A stretch of 62,353 nt of DNA from a bacterium (GCA_038127595.1 JAYPIC010000002.1:1-62353); one strand, 5' to 3'. Shown: positions 48,226 through 57,857, numbered from the stretch's first letter. Program-made: numbers and translations. The notes: a model not told the origin generated them from the letters alone.

Positions 48226-50586
48226 TTAAAACTCCCAGCTAAAACCGATTGTCGGGATGATTGGAAATAAGCTTATATCGTTTACCTGAAGCCTACCTTC
48301 ATCCTCTTCATCTACATTAATCTCTCCTACATCTGGTTGCCCATTACCATTTGCATCATGTTTTTCTTCGTCCCAATCTCCGTCATCATCTACTCCATTA
48401 TAAATACTTCCAACATTATATGATTTTCTAAAAATATTTTTACGATTAAAAACATTTATGATCTGAACGTAAATATCCATCTTAGATCCAAAGAACTTTG
48501 TATGATATACAAATCCTAGATCAAGTCTACTATATGGTGAGTATCTTGCAGAATTTCTTGTGCCGGGAATTGTTCTGTAAACCTCATCAGGACTTTCAGG
48601 CAGTATTTGATTGTAATATCCAATAATTGGGGTGTAAGCCTGCCCAGATTGCAGGGATAATTTCCAATTCATATCCCATTTTTGACTAATCTGATAATTT
48701 CCAAGAGCACTAAATGAATGCGTCCTATCCCAGCTATTGTAGTATTCTTCATTTTTATCATAGAATATGCTATTCATGGATTTTCTTGACACTGAAAATG
48801 TATATGCAAGCCAGCCACTTAACCTACCGCTCATCTTTTGAGCAAAAAGCTCTAAACCATATGCATAACCATTGGAGGGAGTAACAATATCAGATAAAGC
48901 TGTATCAGAAATAGCCTCATCAGTAGTTGCCCTAGACTCTTCAAAGGTAAAAAGGTTTTTTATGTCTTTGTAATACCCCTCAACTTGAAGCTTATATATG
49001 TCATTAACATACTCTTCGTATCCCAAAACGATTTGGGATGACTTTGCTGGTGCGACAGTATTATCAACTGCTATCCACTGATCTAATATTGTAGGGTTGT
49101 AATCATCTTGGAAAGTGGCTATGAACTGATGGTAGTTTCCAACTGAAAAGTTTAAGTATCTATCCTCTGTCAAAAGATATTTCATTCCAAAGCGAAGGTC
49201 TGGGAATATTGAATCGCTGTACACATTGTAAAGATTTAATCTAAATCCAGGTTCTAAAATGATTTTTTCCGATGGAGAGTATTTTAGCTTCGCGTAACTA
49301 GCAAACTCCTTGGGTTTTGTATTGATCTCAAACTGAAGTGAATCATTAAAGGAATTAGTATACAGAAATCCCAAATTTTTTATTTGAGCACCAAACTTAA
49401 CTGTACTTGAAGAGGACTTAAACCAAGAAAAGTTAGCTGCTATCGTTGCATCATCAATTTGATTATCACTGTTAAGTCCATTAGAGCCACCTAGACCAAA
49501 CTCTGTAAAAAATAAACTATTAGCTAAAAGAAAATTACCTATAAGCTTTTCAGAAAAAACTCTACGGTACTGGGCGCTTAATGTTCTGTTGCCCCATCTC
49601 CCTGATAGACCAAATGTGTCAAAAACTAGATCATCAACTCCATTATAAAAACTTAGTGAAACGCGATCTTTAGGAGATAAGTCTGAATACACATGACTTT
49701 GAACATCATAAAAGTAGTAAGGTGGAATACTTGGAACATTCTGAAAAATTTTATCAAAATATGTTCTTCTTCCTGAAAATACCCAAGCTCCCTTGTAAAA
49801 TGGGCCTTCTAATGTTGCTTGAGCAGACAAAAGAGACAAATTAGCTTTCCCCTCAAACTTTTTTTGATTTCCTTCTCTGCTAATTATATTCAAGACCGCG
49901 GATAATCTGCCACCATATTCAGCATTGTAAGCTCCCTTAATTAATTCGGCCTCTTTTACACCATCGACGATGAAATTCGAAAATATCCCTCCCAAGTGAG
50001 ATGGGTTATATACGGTGACGCCATCAAGTAAAATCAAATTTTGATCTGTATTCCCACCTCTTATAACCAATCCTGTACTAAACTCAGATGTAGTGAGAAC
50101 ACCTGGAAGCGCCTGTATTGTCCTGAAAAGATCAGGCTCTGCTAATGCAGGTGCAGATCTTAACATTCGTGGGGATAAATTAACTGTACTAGGCTGGATA
50201 TTATTTTTTCTTTTGATTTTTTCAGCGGTAACCTCAACTTCGCTGAAAGAGACAACTTCTTCTGTCAGAACTAAATCTAGTTTTACTGACTGTCCATCGG
50301 ATATATCAATTTTTTGTCTAAGAATTTTATAACCAACATAGGATACAGAAACTTCATATGAACCCTGAGGAATTTCTTGAAGTACGTAATAGCCATTTAC
50401 ATCAGTTGCCATTCCCAAGGCTAGGTCCGTAATAAAAACGTTCGCTCCAATCAATGCCTCACCGTTCGAGCTATCCGTTACAAACCCATAAACAGAACCA
50501 TTATTTTGAGAAAAACTAAAGTTCAGTTGATAGAGCAGTATTAATGCTGATTTAACTAGTAAGGTCTTTAAGAATCGTTTCTGCAT
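48226..50586 (-). CDS. TonB-dependent receptor with N-terminal CarboxypepD_reg-like domain (paralogue of 29661..32120)
   Basis: 786 aa. GSVYGFVTDSSNGEALIGANVF ... GYYVLQEIPQGSYEV, plug motif GLVIRGGNTDQNLILLDGVTVYNPSHLGGIFS, terminal GFSWEF. Confidence 0.9.
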   Translation of the reverse strand: MQKRFLKTLLVKSALILLYQLNFSFSQNNGSVYGFVTDSSNGEALIGANVFITDLALGMATDVNGYYVLQEIPQGSYEVSVSYVGYKILRQKIDISDGQSVKLDLVLTEEVVSFSEVEVTAEKIKRKNNIQPSTVNLSPRMLRSAPALAEPDLFRTIQALPGVLTTSEFSTGLVIRGGNTDQNLILLDGVTVYNPSHLGGIFSNFIVDGVKEAELIKGAYNAEYGGRLSAVLNIISREGNQKKFEGKANLSLLSAQATLEGPFYKGAWVFSGRRTYFDKIFQNVPSIPPYYFYDVQSHVYSDLSPKDRVSLSFYNGVDDLVFDTFGLSGRWGNRTLSAQYRRVFSEKLIGNFLLANSLFFTEFGLGGSNGLNSDNQIDDATIAANFSWFKSSSSTVKFGAQIKNLGFLYTNSFNDSLQFEINTKPKEFASYAKLKYSPSEKIILEPGFRLNLYNVYSDSIFPDLRFGMKYLLTEDRYLNFSVGNYHQFIATFQDDYNPTILDQWIAVDNTVAPAKSSQIVLGYEEYVNDIYKLQVEGYYKDIKNLFTFEESRATTDEAISDTALSDIVTPSNGYAYGLELFAQKMSGRLSGWLAYTFSVSRKSMNSIFYDKNEEYYNSWDRTHSFSALGNYQISQKWDMNWKLSLQSGQAYTPIIGYYNQILPESPDEVYRTIPGTRNSARYSPYSRLDLGFVYHTKFFGSKMDIYVQIINVFNRKNIFRKSYNVGSIYNGVDDDGDWDEEKHDANGNGQPDVGEINVDEEDEGRLQVNDISLFPIIPTIGFSWEF

Positions 50587-51061
50587 GTGTGTTGATATTC
50601 ACTTTCTTATATATTTTTTCAATCTTTCCATATTCGTCAATGACAAAAGTCATTCTTTTAGGAGTAAACATTCCATTTGCGCCAAAACGTTTTGCCACTT
50701 CCTTATCTTTATCGGAAAGAAAATTAAAGGGCAAATTATATTTAGTTTTAAACTTTTTTAACGCCTCAGAATTATTATAACTAATTCCAAATACTGTTAT
50801 GTTATTTTTTTCAAATTCTTCGTAAATGTTGCGGAACCCACAAGCCTCTTTCGTTCATCCAGGGGTATCAGCGTATGGAAAGAAGTAGACGACGAGCTTC
50901 TTCCCTAAAAAATTTTTTGATAATAACAACTTTTCATCTTGATCAAAAAGCTCAAAACTTGGAGCAATCTCACCTTCCATAAGTGAGATTTTTTCAGTAA
51001 AAATTGAATTTATAGTTGTTGCAAACATAATTGCTAAAATCGAACCAATTAAATATTTCAA
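50552..51061 (-). CDS. exported Bcp/PrxQ-type peroxiredoxin with in-frame UGA (probable selenocysteine) at the peroxidatic position
   Basis: Two same-frame ORFs (50855..51061 and 50552..50734) are separated only by TGA at 50855..50857. My translation of the gap is stop-free: TKEACGFRNIYEEFEKNNITVFGISYNNSEALKKFKTKYN. The joined 169-residue product is colinear with Bcp, and TGA replaces the Cys of the TPGC-x4-C motif (VVYFFPYADTPG-U-TKEAC). N-terminal signal peptide. Confidence 0.75.
50829..50843 (-). promoter_or_regulatory. candidate bacterial SECIS-like hairpin
   Basis: mRNA sense: UGA-ACGAAAGAGGC-UUGUGG-GUU-CCGCAA. The stem is 6 bp (one G.U) and begins 11 nt after the UGA, with G and U in the apical loop. 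It is short, and I judged it by eye only. Confidence 0.4.
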
Positions 51062-51063
51062 TT

Positions 51064-51993
51064 TTAATCTTTACCTAAATAGGAAAGATTTTCCTCAGAG
51101 AAAGGTATTGGATTTATATTGTTTTCTTTAAAGTATTTAGTTGAATCACACGTATTACCCTCAACGAGCATCGTCAATTGATCGGCAGTAACAGGGAACC
51201 ATGGGAATCTATCTAGAGCTTTCGCTACTGATTTCACAGCTATTACTGGGGCAGGAACCATAAATTTTTTTTTCCCTGAAGCAGAGCCTATTATTTGTAT
51301 GATTTCTTTCCATGTAAAATCTTGCCCGCCAAGTTCAATTGTCTTTAATTCGGTTTTTTCGTTTTGCAAAGAACCAACAAAACTTGTTGCGACATCTTTA
51401 ATATGCACAGGTGACATAGAAAAATTACCAGCATCAAATGGCAATAATCCCTCATGAAAAAGTGGTGCTGGAAAAGGTAGATTGATTAAATCTTTTTTTA
51501 ACTGAGAACAAAATTCAGGTCGCCCATTCCCTCTTGGGTCACCAAATATTGTTGAAGGTCTAAAAATAGTCCATTTTAGATCTGTGTTCCTTAAATATTG
51601 TTCTGACATCCATTTTGTTTTTTGATAACCTGTACCATCAGGACAAACTCCATTAGCACTCATCAAAATAAATCTGTTGACATTTGCTTCGATAGACGCA
51701 TCAATCGCATTCACCGCGCCACCAAAGTGAAGATCTTCATACGTTATTCCCTTAGACTTGAATTCTCTTATAATGCCAATGGTATAAATGACAGCATCAG
51801 TACCCTCTACAGTTTTTTTGACGGCTGATTTATCATTAACATCCCCAATTACTAGCTCACAATCACCTACTGAGGGTACTTTGTAAATTGATTCTGAGCG
51901 AACTAGTAGCTTTGGCTTGTGACCTTCAGATAAAAGATTATCGATTATGTGCGAACCAACAAAACCAGTGCCGCCAAATATTGCAACTTTCAT
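51064..51993 (-). CDS. NAD(P)H-binding atypical SDR (NmrA/NDUFA9-like)
   Basis: 309 aa. N-terminal Rossmann motif KVAIFGGTGFVGSHI. Its stop lies 2 nt before the peroxiredoxin start. Confidence 0.8.
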   Translation of the reverse strand: MKVAIFGGTGFVGSHIIDNLLSEGHKPKLLVRSESIYKVPSVGDCELVIGDVNDKSAVKKTVEGTDAVIYTIGIIREFKSKGITYEDLHFGGAVNAIDASIEANVNRFILMSANGVCPDGTGYQKTKWMSEQYLRNTDLKWTIFRPSTIFGDPRGNGRPEFCSQLKKDLINLPFPAPLFHEGLLPFDAGNFSMSPVHIKDVATSFVGSLQNEKTELKTIELGGQDFTWKEIIQIIGSASGKKKFMVPAPVIAVKSVAKALDRFPWFPVTADQLTMLVEGNTCDSTKYFKENNINPIPFSEENLSYLGKD

Positions 51994-52088
51994 TATGTAT
52001 CAGTAATCCTCTTTTTAAAACAATGTTAATTAGTGTTAATTATAAATTAGGTTATTTATCATTACGATGTCAATCTAAAATGAGCGTT

Positions 52089-55000
52089 TTAAGCGTTTTT
52101 ATTTGTTAGCCTTCCAAAAAAGTCTTTAATGTCTTCAATGATTAAATAACTCGTAGGTACTAGTATTAGAGTTATCAGCGTTGCAAATAAAACTCCATAG
52201 GCAAGTGAAATAGCCATCGGAATTAAAAATTGTGCCTGAACACTTTTCTCAATCAGAAGTGGGAATAATCCAACAAATGTAGTAATTGAAGTAAGGAGAA
52301 TAGGTCTAAACCTTCTAGGTCCAGCAGCAAGAGCCGCCTCCAAGCTTGTTTTACCATCGTCTCTTTTATATCTATTTATAAAATCGACCATTACTAGACT
52401 ATCATTAACCACTACGCCAGATAAGGCAACTATACCTATGATAGAAAGCACAGCCAGATTCATGCCCATTATTATGTGGCCTATGACAGCACCTGTGAAA
52501 CCAAAAGGTATTGCAGACATTATAATTAGCGGTTGTAAGTACGATTTAAACGGTACAGCCAAAAGTACATACACGACAAAAAGTGCTAACGCAAAATTTT
52601 TAAATAATGAACTTAGGGTGTCTCTTTGTTCTCTTTGCTCGCCCTCAAAACTATAATTAACACTAGGATAATCAAGAAGTATTGGAACTATGTGTTCAGA
52701 TTCGAATTTTGCTAAAATTTCGTTTGCATTAGCTTCACTCAGATCAACATCTGCTGTTATACTTATAGATCTTTTTCTATCCGTTCTTGTAATGGTAGAG
52801 TAACCGCTGGATAGTTCTCCTTGTGCTACTTGACCAAGAGGCACTTCTACATTATTACCAACCCTTACATTCATTTGCTCTAAATTATTTAAGCTAACCC
52901 TTTCATCTTTTGGATAACGCAAAAATACCTTCACCTCATCACGGCCACGCTGAACTCGCTGAACCTCATCTCCATAAAATGCTTGTCTAACTTGCCTGGC
53001 AAGTGACGCCATCGTAATGCCATAATTCTGCGCTTCTGGAAGCAAATTAAGTTTAATTTCATCTTTTCCTGCGCTAAACGAATCCTTAATGTCAAATACT
53101 CCTGCATAAGTTTGCAATTTATCCTTTAAACTATTAGTTACCGCCTTTAAATCTTCTCTATTCACACTTGAAAGCTGAATTTCGATTGGAGCACCGGTGG
53201 TAAAAAGATCAGAATCAAAAGTCACTTGTTTTACTCCAGGTATTGGCCCTGTTAGTTCTCGCCATATTTTTGAAATTTCAACAGTGCTAATTGGCCTCTC
53301 TTCACCAGGTGCTAGCTCAATGACACATTCTGCTAAGTGCGAACCAAAAAAAGTTGCATCTAAGTTACCAGGGCCCCTAGCTGATTGAGTTTTAATTGGT
53401 TGATCGCCAGCCGTAGATACCATATTTATAAAAATTTTAGTTTCTGGATATAATACTTCCAGAGAATCTTTAAGCTTGTATGCAGACTTTTCAATTTGAT
53501 CTAAGCCAACTTTTGTTAGTGAAACAGGGGTGCCCTCTGGATACTCAACTCCAGCAATAACTATATCAGCTTCAAGTGGCGGAAAAAAATTGAATCTGAT
53601 AAAACCACTTGCAACCAGCCCAACTGTTAAAATAAATATCGAGATTGCTATTGCAACAGTGTTACCACGATTTTTAAGAGCAAGTTCAAGAACTGGGGTA
53701 TATTTATTTTTAATAAACCCTTGAAGCCAATTATGAATCCCCATCTGAATGTCAGACCACCATTGGGAGAATCGATTTTTTTTCTTAGCCTCATTTATTT
53801 TCATATGGGCCAAATGAGCAGGCAAAATAGTTAATGACTCAATGAGAGAAAACATTAAAACTAATATGGTAACCACCGGAATGATCTTCCATATTTTACC
53901 CAAAGCGCCCTCTACCAAAATCATTGGTGAGAAGGTAACCATAGTTGTTAGAACAGCAAAAATCACTGGCTTTGCTACTTGATATGCTCCTTCCAATGCA
54001 GCATCAACTCCACTTAAACCTCTTTTTAGATAAATATGAATGTTTTCACCAACAACAATAGCATCGTCAACAACAATACCGAGAACTAAAATGAAAGTAA
54101 ATAAGGATATCATATTAATTGATACATCGAATAAAGGAAGCAACCAAAACCCACCCATGAAAGATATCGGGATGCCTAGTGAAACCCAGGCTGCCAACTT
54201 TGGCTTTAAAAACAAAGCTAGAACGATTAGAACAAGCCCAAGACCAAGATAAGCATTTTCGGTTAAAAGTTCAATCCTACCTCTAAGAATTACAGATTCA
54301 TCCTTCATTGTTGTTAAAGAGACACCAGGAGGCATGACGGGGTTCTTCTTCTTAATATATCCATGAACAGCATCTGCTATATCTAGAGCGTTCTGCTCAC
54401 CAGTCCTATATACTCTAATTAATAACGCTGGCTCACTATTAAATTTTATATCATACTCAACATCTTGAAAACCATCTACAATTTCAGCAATATCTCTGAG
54501 AAATACCGTCGAACCATCAGCTAATGATAAAACAGGAATGATCCCAAACTCTTCCCCTGTGTAGGCCTGGCCTTTCGAACGAATTAAAATTTCGCCATCA
54601 TATGTTTCTATAGCACCTCCAGGTACATCCATAGAAGAAGTACGGATTTTATTGGCTACATAATCGAACGAGATACCATATTTTTGCAAAGTATTTTCAG
54701 ATATCTCAATTGAAATTTCTCTAGGCTTTTTGCCTAGCCGTGTTTGGGTAATGTTTGGAAGTTCGCTGACCTCATCTCTTACTTTTTCTGCAATGTCAAG
54801 TAGGCTAGCCTCATCTACATGGCCATGCACAGCTATGGTTATAACTTCAGGTTGACCGTCAAAGCTTCTTATAGTTGGCTTTTCAGCATCATCAGGAAAT
54901 GATGTTATTGCATCAACTTGAGATTTTACTTCATCTTTTACCTCATCTATATCATATCCGTTCTCAACTTCAATATTTATTGAGCCATACCCTTCATTTG

Positions 55001-55253
55001 AGGAACTAGTTATTCTTTTTAATCCATTTATACCTTGCACCTGTTCTTCAACTTTTACACATATTGATTCTTCAATGTCTTCTGGAGATGCGCCGGGATA
55101 AACAACGGAAACGTTAATTATAGGAATGGTTATATCCGGGAATACCTCCATTCGCAATCTAGACAAAGTGAATATGCCAGCAATAATAATAAATACCATT
55201 AACAAATTTGCTGCTACAGTATTTAGGATGAACCAACGTATGATATTTTTCAT
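52089..55253 (-). CDS. RND efflux transporter permease (AcrB/HAE1-like)
   Basis: 1054 aa. 12-TM plus two large periplasmic loops architecture. Typical TM4 region LGIVVDDAIVVGENI. Confidence 0.92.
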   Translation of the reverse strand: MKNIIRWFILNTVAANLLMVFIIIAGIFTLSRLRMEVFPDITIPIINVSVVYPGASPEDIEESICVKVEEQVQGINGLKRITSSSNEGYGSINIEVENGYDIDEVKDEVKSQVDAITSFPDDAEKPTIRSFDGQPEVITIAVHGHVDEASLLDIAEKVRDEVSELPNITQTRLGKKPREISIEISENTLQKYGISFDYVANKIRTSSMDVPGGAIETYDGEILIRSKGQAYTGEEFGIIPVLSLADGSTVFLRDIAEIVDGFQDVEYDIKFNSEPALLIRVYRTGEQNALDIADAVHGYIKKKNPVMPPGVSLTTMKDESVILRGRIELLTENAYLGLGLVLIVLALFLKPKLAAWVSLGIPISFMGGFWLLPLFDVSINMISLFTFILVLGIVVDDAIVVGENIHIYLKRGLSGVDAALEGAYQVAKPVIFAVLTTMVTFSPMILVEGALGKIWKIIPVVTILVLMFSLIESLTILPAHLAHMKINEAKKKNRFSQWWSDIQMGIHNWLQGFIKNKYTPVLELALKNRGNTVAIAISIFILTVGLVASGFIRFNFFPPLEADIVIAGVEYPEGTPVSLTKVGLDQIEKSAYKLKDSLEVLYPETKIFINMVSTAGDQPIKTQSARGPGNLDATFFGSHLAECVIELAPGEERPISTVEISKIWRELTGPIPGVKQVTFDSDLFTTGAPIEIQLSSVNREDLKAVTNSLKDKLQTYAGVFDIKDSFSAGKDEIKLNLLPEAQNYGITMASLARQVRQAFYGDEVQRVQRGRDEVKVFLRYPKDERVSLNNLEQMNVRVGNNVEVPLGQVAQGELSSGYSTITRTDRKRSISITADVDLSEANANEILAKFESEHIVPILLDYPSVNYSFEGEQREQRDTLSSLFKNFALALFVVYVLLAVPFKSYLQPLIIMSAIPFGFTGAVIGHIIMGMNLAVLSIIGIVALSGVVVNDSLVMVDFINRYKRDDGKTSLEAALAAGPRRFRPILLTSITTFVGLFPLLIEKSVQAQFLIPMAISLAYGVLFATLITLILVPTSYLIIEDIKDFFGRLTNKNA

Positions 55254-55257
55254 CAGT

Positions 55258-56388
55258 CTAATTTTCTCTTACTGGCATTCCATCAACATATGAGTCTAAT
55301 CTGGTAGTTAACACTCTGTCATTTTTTTCCAAACCATCAGCAATGAAAGCAAAATCTTTTTCATACCTAATTACTTCAACAGACTTTTTACGCAGCACAT
55401 TAGCCTCTACTACCCAGATCATATCATTTTTAACTGCGCTTCTAGGTACAATAGTAATACCATCATATAATAGCCCATCTATCTCTGCATTTACAAACAT
55501 TCCAACCTTTAACTTTTCATTCATCCCATTCATCGGAATAGTAGCAATAACAGAGATCATTCTGGTTTTAGGATCTATCTGGGACTCTGCCCGAACAATA
55601 AAGCCGCTAGCCTGGAATGTATCTCCACCGTAGCTAGTTGTTAAAACCACGCTAGGTCTTTTACCTTTTAATAATGTAGTCCCATCTAAAGGAACTCCTA
55701 AGAAAGGAATATCTTTGTCAGCGATCGGAAGCCTTACCTCTAAATTCAATGTATTGTAAATGTCTGCAATTCTAGACCCAGGTACAAGGTTTGCACCTAT
55801 ATCAACCATTTTTTTTCTTACCCTACCATCAAAAGGTGCCAGAATCACGGTCCTTTTCAAATTTCTCTTCGATTGCTCATAGGCGGCTTCAGCTGCTGCT
55901 AATACAGCCCTTGCTTGAGCGAGTTGTGGCTCACGTAAAGTCAAACTAGAAGCATCTCCTTTGCCCACTCTTTTCCACTCAATATTGGCAAGTTTTGATT
56001 CCGCTTGCTCCCTTTCCAAAGCAAGCTTAGCTTGAAATAAACTTGATTCAGTGGTAATGAGAGCTAGCTCGTAGTCTCTTTTTTCAATTTTCATTAAAGT
56101 ATCACCAGATCTAAAACCTGCACCATCTAAAAATTTGGGAGATATCCATTCAACTTTGCCGGCGACCTCAGATGTAATAAGGATCTCATGTTCTGGCCTG
56201 ATTGTCCCCTGTGAACTTATTTTTGCTGTTACTTGTGATGGATATGCTGCCATCGTCTCAACTACTTGAGGTATTATCTTTGGTTTTTGAAACTCTGCCT
56301 CAGGCTTAAGTTTGATCATTAATACAAAAATTATTAGACTAGCTAAAACGATAACGAAAGGGGTGAATTTTCTAAAATTTATCTTCAT
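55258..56388 (-). CDS. RND efflux periplasmic adaptor (membrane fusion protein)
   Basis: 376 aa. N-terminal anchor, coiled-coil hairpin (ALEREQAESKL ... AAEAAYEQSKRNLKRT) followed by VILAPFDGRV. Confidence 0.88.
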   Translation of the reverse strand: MKINFRKFTPFVIVLASLIIFVLMIKLKPEAEFQKPKIIPQVVETMAAYPSQVTAKISSQGTIRPEHEILITSEVAGKVEWISPKFLDGAGFRSGDTLMKIEKRDYELALITTESSLFQAKLALEREQAESKLANIEWKRVGKGDASSLTLREPQLAQARAVLAAAEAAYEQSKRNLKRTVILAPFDGRVRKKMVDIGANLVPGSRIADIYNTLNLEVRLPIADKDIPFLGVPLDGTTLLKGKRPSVVLTTSYGGDTFQASGFIVRAESQIDPKTRMISVIATIPMNGMNEKLKVGMFVNAEIDGLLYDGITIVPRSAVKNDMIWVVEANVLRKKSVEVIRYEKDFAFIADGLEKNDRVLTTRLDSYVDGMPVREN

Positions 56389-56405
56389 TTTAATCTCACT
56401 ATCTG

Positions 56406-57857
56406 TTAAAAGGTTCCGCCAAATGCCAATAGCAGGTTTAGGCGAGTATGAATTTTATTTTTCTTTGCCGCAAGAACTTGAGACCTAGACAAAAACCATC
56501 TTTGCTGACTATCCATTACTGCAATCAGGTCAACTAGACCTGAATCATACCGTTCCCGAGATAACTTGTATGCTGCCTCTGCTTGCTCTGCTGCAACCTC
56601 ATAGGCATCCAAAAGAATGTTATTGGAATTTTCTGCAAAAAGAGTTTGTTCTACTTCTGAATAGGCATTTATGATGGTTTTGATTAAATCTTGCTTGGCA
56701 ATATTCAAATTTTCTTCTGCAATACTATTATTTGCCCTAATGCTTCCACCTTGGAAAAGTGGCAGCCCAACCGTTAGGCCTTGAGACCATATTTGATAGT
56801 CTTCATCAAGAATATCGTTTAAATCACTAGAAGAGGTTCCCGCAGAACTAGTAAGAATTAAGCTCGGTAAAAGAGAAGCAAAAGATTCAGATTTTTTAAA
56901 TGATGCTGCTTGAAGTTTAGCCAATGAAGACTTTATATCCGGTCTCCTATTTAGAATTTCAGATGGGATGCCGATGGTTATTTTTGGCAATTTAGAACCT
57001 AATTTATTATTTACCATGTATGTACCACTTGGATATTTTCCAAGCATTGACTCTAACCTCCTCACAAACACTAAGTATGTTTGTTTTCTAATTTCCATTT
57101 GAGCCTTTGAGGAGGCTTTTGAAGATTTGGTCAGCCTTAAATCTAGGGATGATCTTAAACCTTTATCATACCGAGCAGAAACCATATCTGCAAGTTCACT
57201 AACACTATTGTATGTCTCTTTAGATAGCTCATATTGCTCTAAGGCTTCAACAGTAGAGAAATATAATTTTGCTAACTGAATACGCATTGAAAAACTTAAA
57301 AAAGAGAGGTCGTAATAAGCAGATTGATAATCATTAGATGCGGCTCTAGCACGGTTAAATAACTTGCCCCAGACATCAAGCTCCCACTGCATTGTAAGAT
57401 TTAGTCCAAAATTACTAGAGCTAAAACTAGTCACCCCACTACCAGAATCATTAGACTGGGCAGAGTCAGGGCCACCACCAAAAAAATCATCAGAAAGTCC
57501 AAAAGCAGTTAAATTTTGTTTTCTAGAGGCTCCATTCATACCAAGACTAAAGGATGGAAGCCTAGATGATTTGTTAATTTTTAATATTTGTTTAGCAACG
57601 TTCATTCTTGATGAAATATTCTTAAGATCCGGACTACTCTGATTAAAATCATTTAAGACTCTAGTAAAAATCGAATCATCAAATGATTCCCACCAATCAC
57701 CTATAACGCTAGAACTATCTGTTAATTTTAAATCCCAAGAGGCAGGAATAGATTCTGAGATTGAAAGGTCATCTGTGGAAAATTTTTCGGCACACGCAGA
57801 AAAGGTAACTATAAAAATTATCGAGTAAAGCTTCATAAATATTGGTTGGAGGTTCAA
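56406..57857 (-). CDS. outer membrane efflux protein (TolC/NodT-family lipoprotein)
   Basis: 483 aa. Two-repeat OEP architecture. Lipobox TFSAC. The likely start is M8 at 57836. Confidence 0.85.
   Translation of the reverse strand: MNLQPIFMKLYSIIFIVTFSACAEKFSTDDLSISESIPASWDLKLTDSSSVIGDWWESFDDSIFTRVLNDFNQSSPDLKNISSRMNVAKQILKINKSSRLPSFSLGMNGASRKQNLTAFGLSDDFFGGGPDSAQSNDSGSGVTSFSSSNFGLNLTMQWELDVWGKLFNRARAASNDYQSAYYDLSFLSFSMRIQLAKLYFSTVEALEQYELSKETYNSVSELADMVSARYDKGLRSSLDLRLTKSSKASSKAQMEIRKQTYLVFVRRLESMLGKYPSGTYMVNNKLGSKLPKITIGIPSEILNRRPDIKSSLAKLQAASFKKSESFASLLPSLILTSSAGTSSSDLNDILDEDYQIWSQGLTVGLPLFQGGSIRANNSIAEENLNIAKQDLIKTIINAYSEVEQTLFAENSNNILLDAYEVAAEQAEAAYKLSRERYDSGLVDLIAVMDSQQRWFLSRSQVLAAKKNKIHTRLNLLLAFGGTF

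Noticed and set aside
50589-50780. Plus-strand 63-aa ORF spanning part of the peroxiredoxin gap region.
   Set aside because: It is antisense to a frame that translates into conserved peroxiredoxin sequence, and its own translation is featureless.
50855-50857. Genome-wide TGA reassignment (code 4 or 25) as the explanation for the in-frame TGA.
   Set aside because: TGA serves as the terminator of other well-delimited genes in this window (for example 9589..9591 and 61202..61204). No other gene here needs read-through to reach normal length.
50552-51061. The alternative reading of the split peroxiredoxin as a simple pseudogene (nonsense mutation).
   Set aside because: Not fully excluded, but disfavoured. 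There is a single stop and it falls precisely on the catalytic Cys codon. The rest of the frame, including the resolving Cys and the C-terminal half, is intact, and a hairpin sits at SECIS-like spacing. A random nonsense mutation would have no reason to hit that codon.
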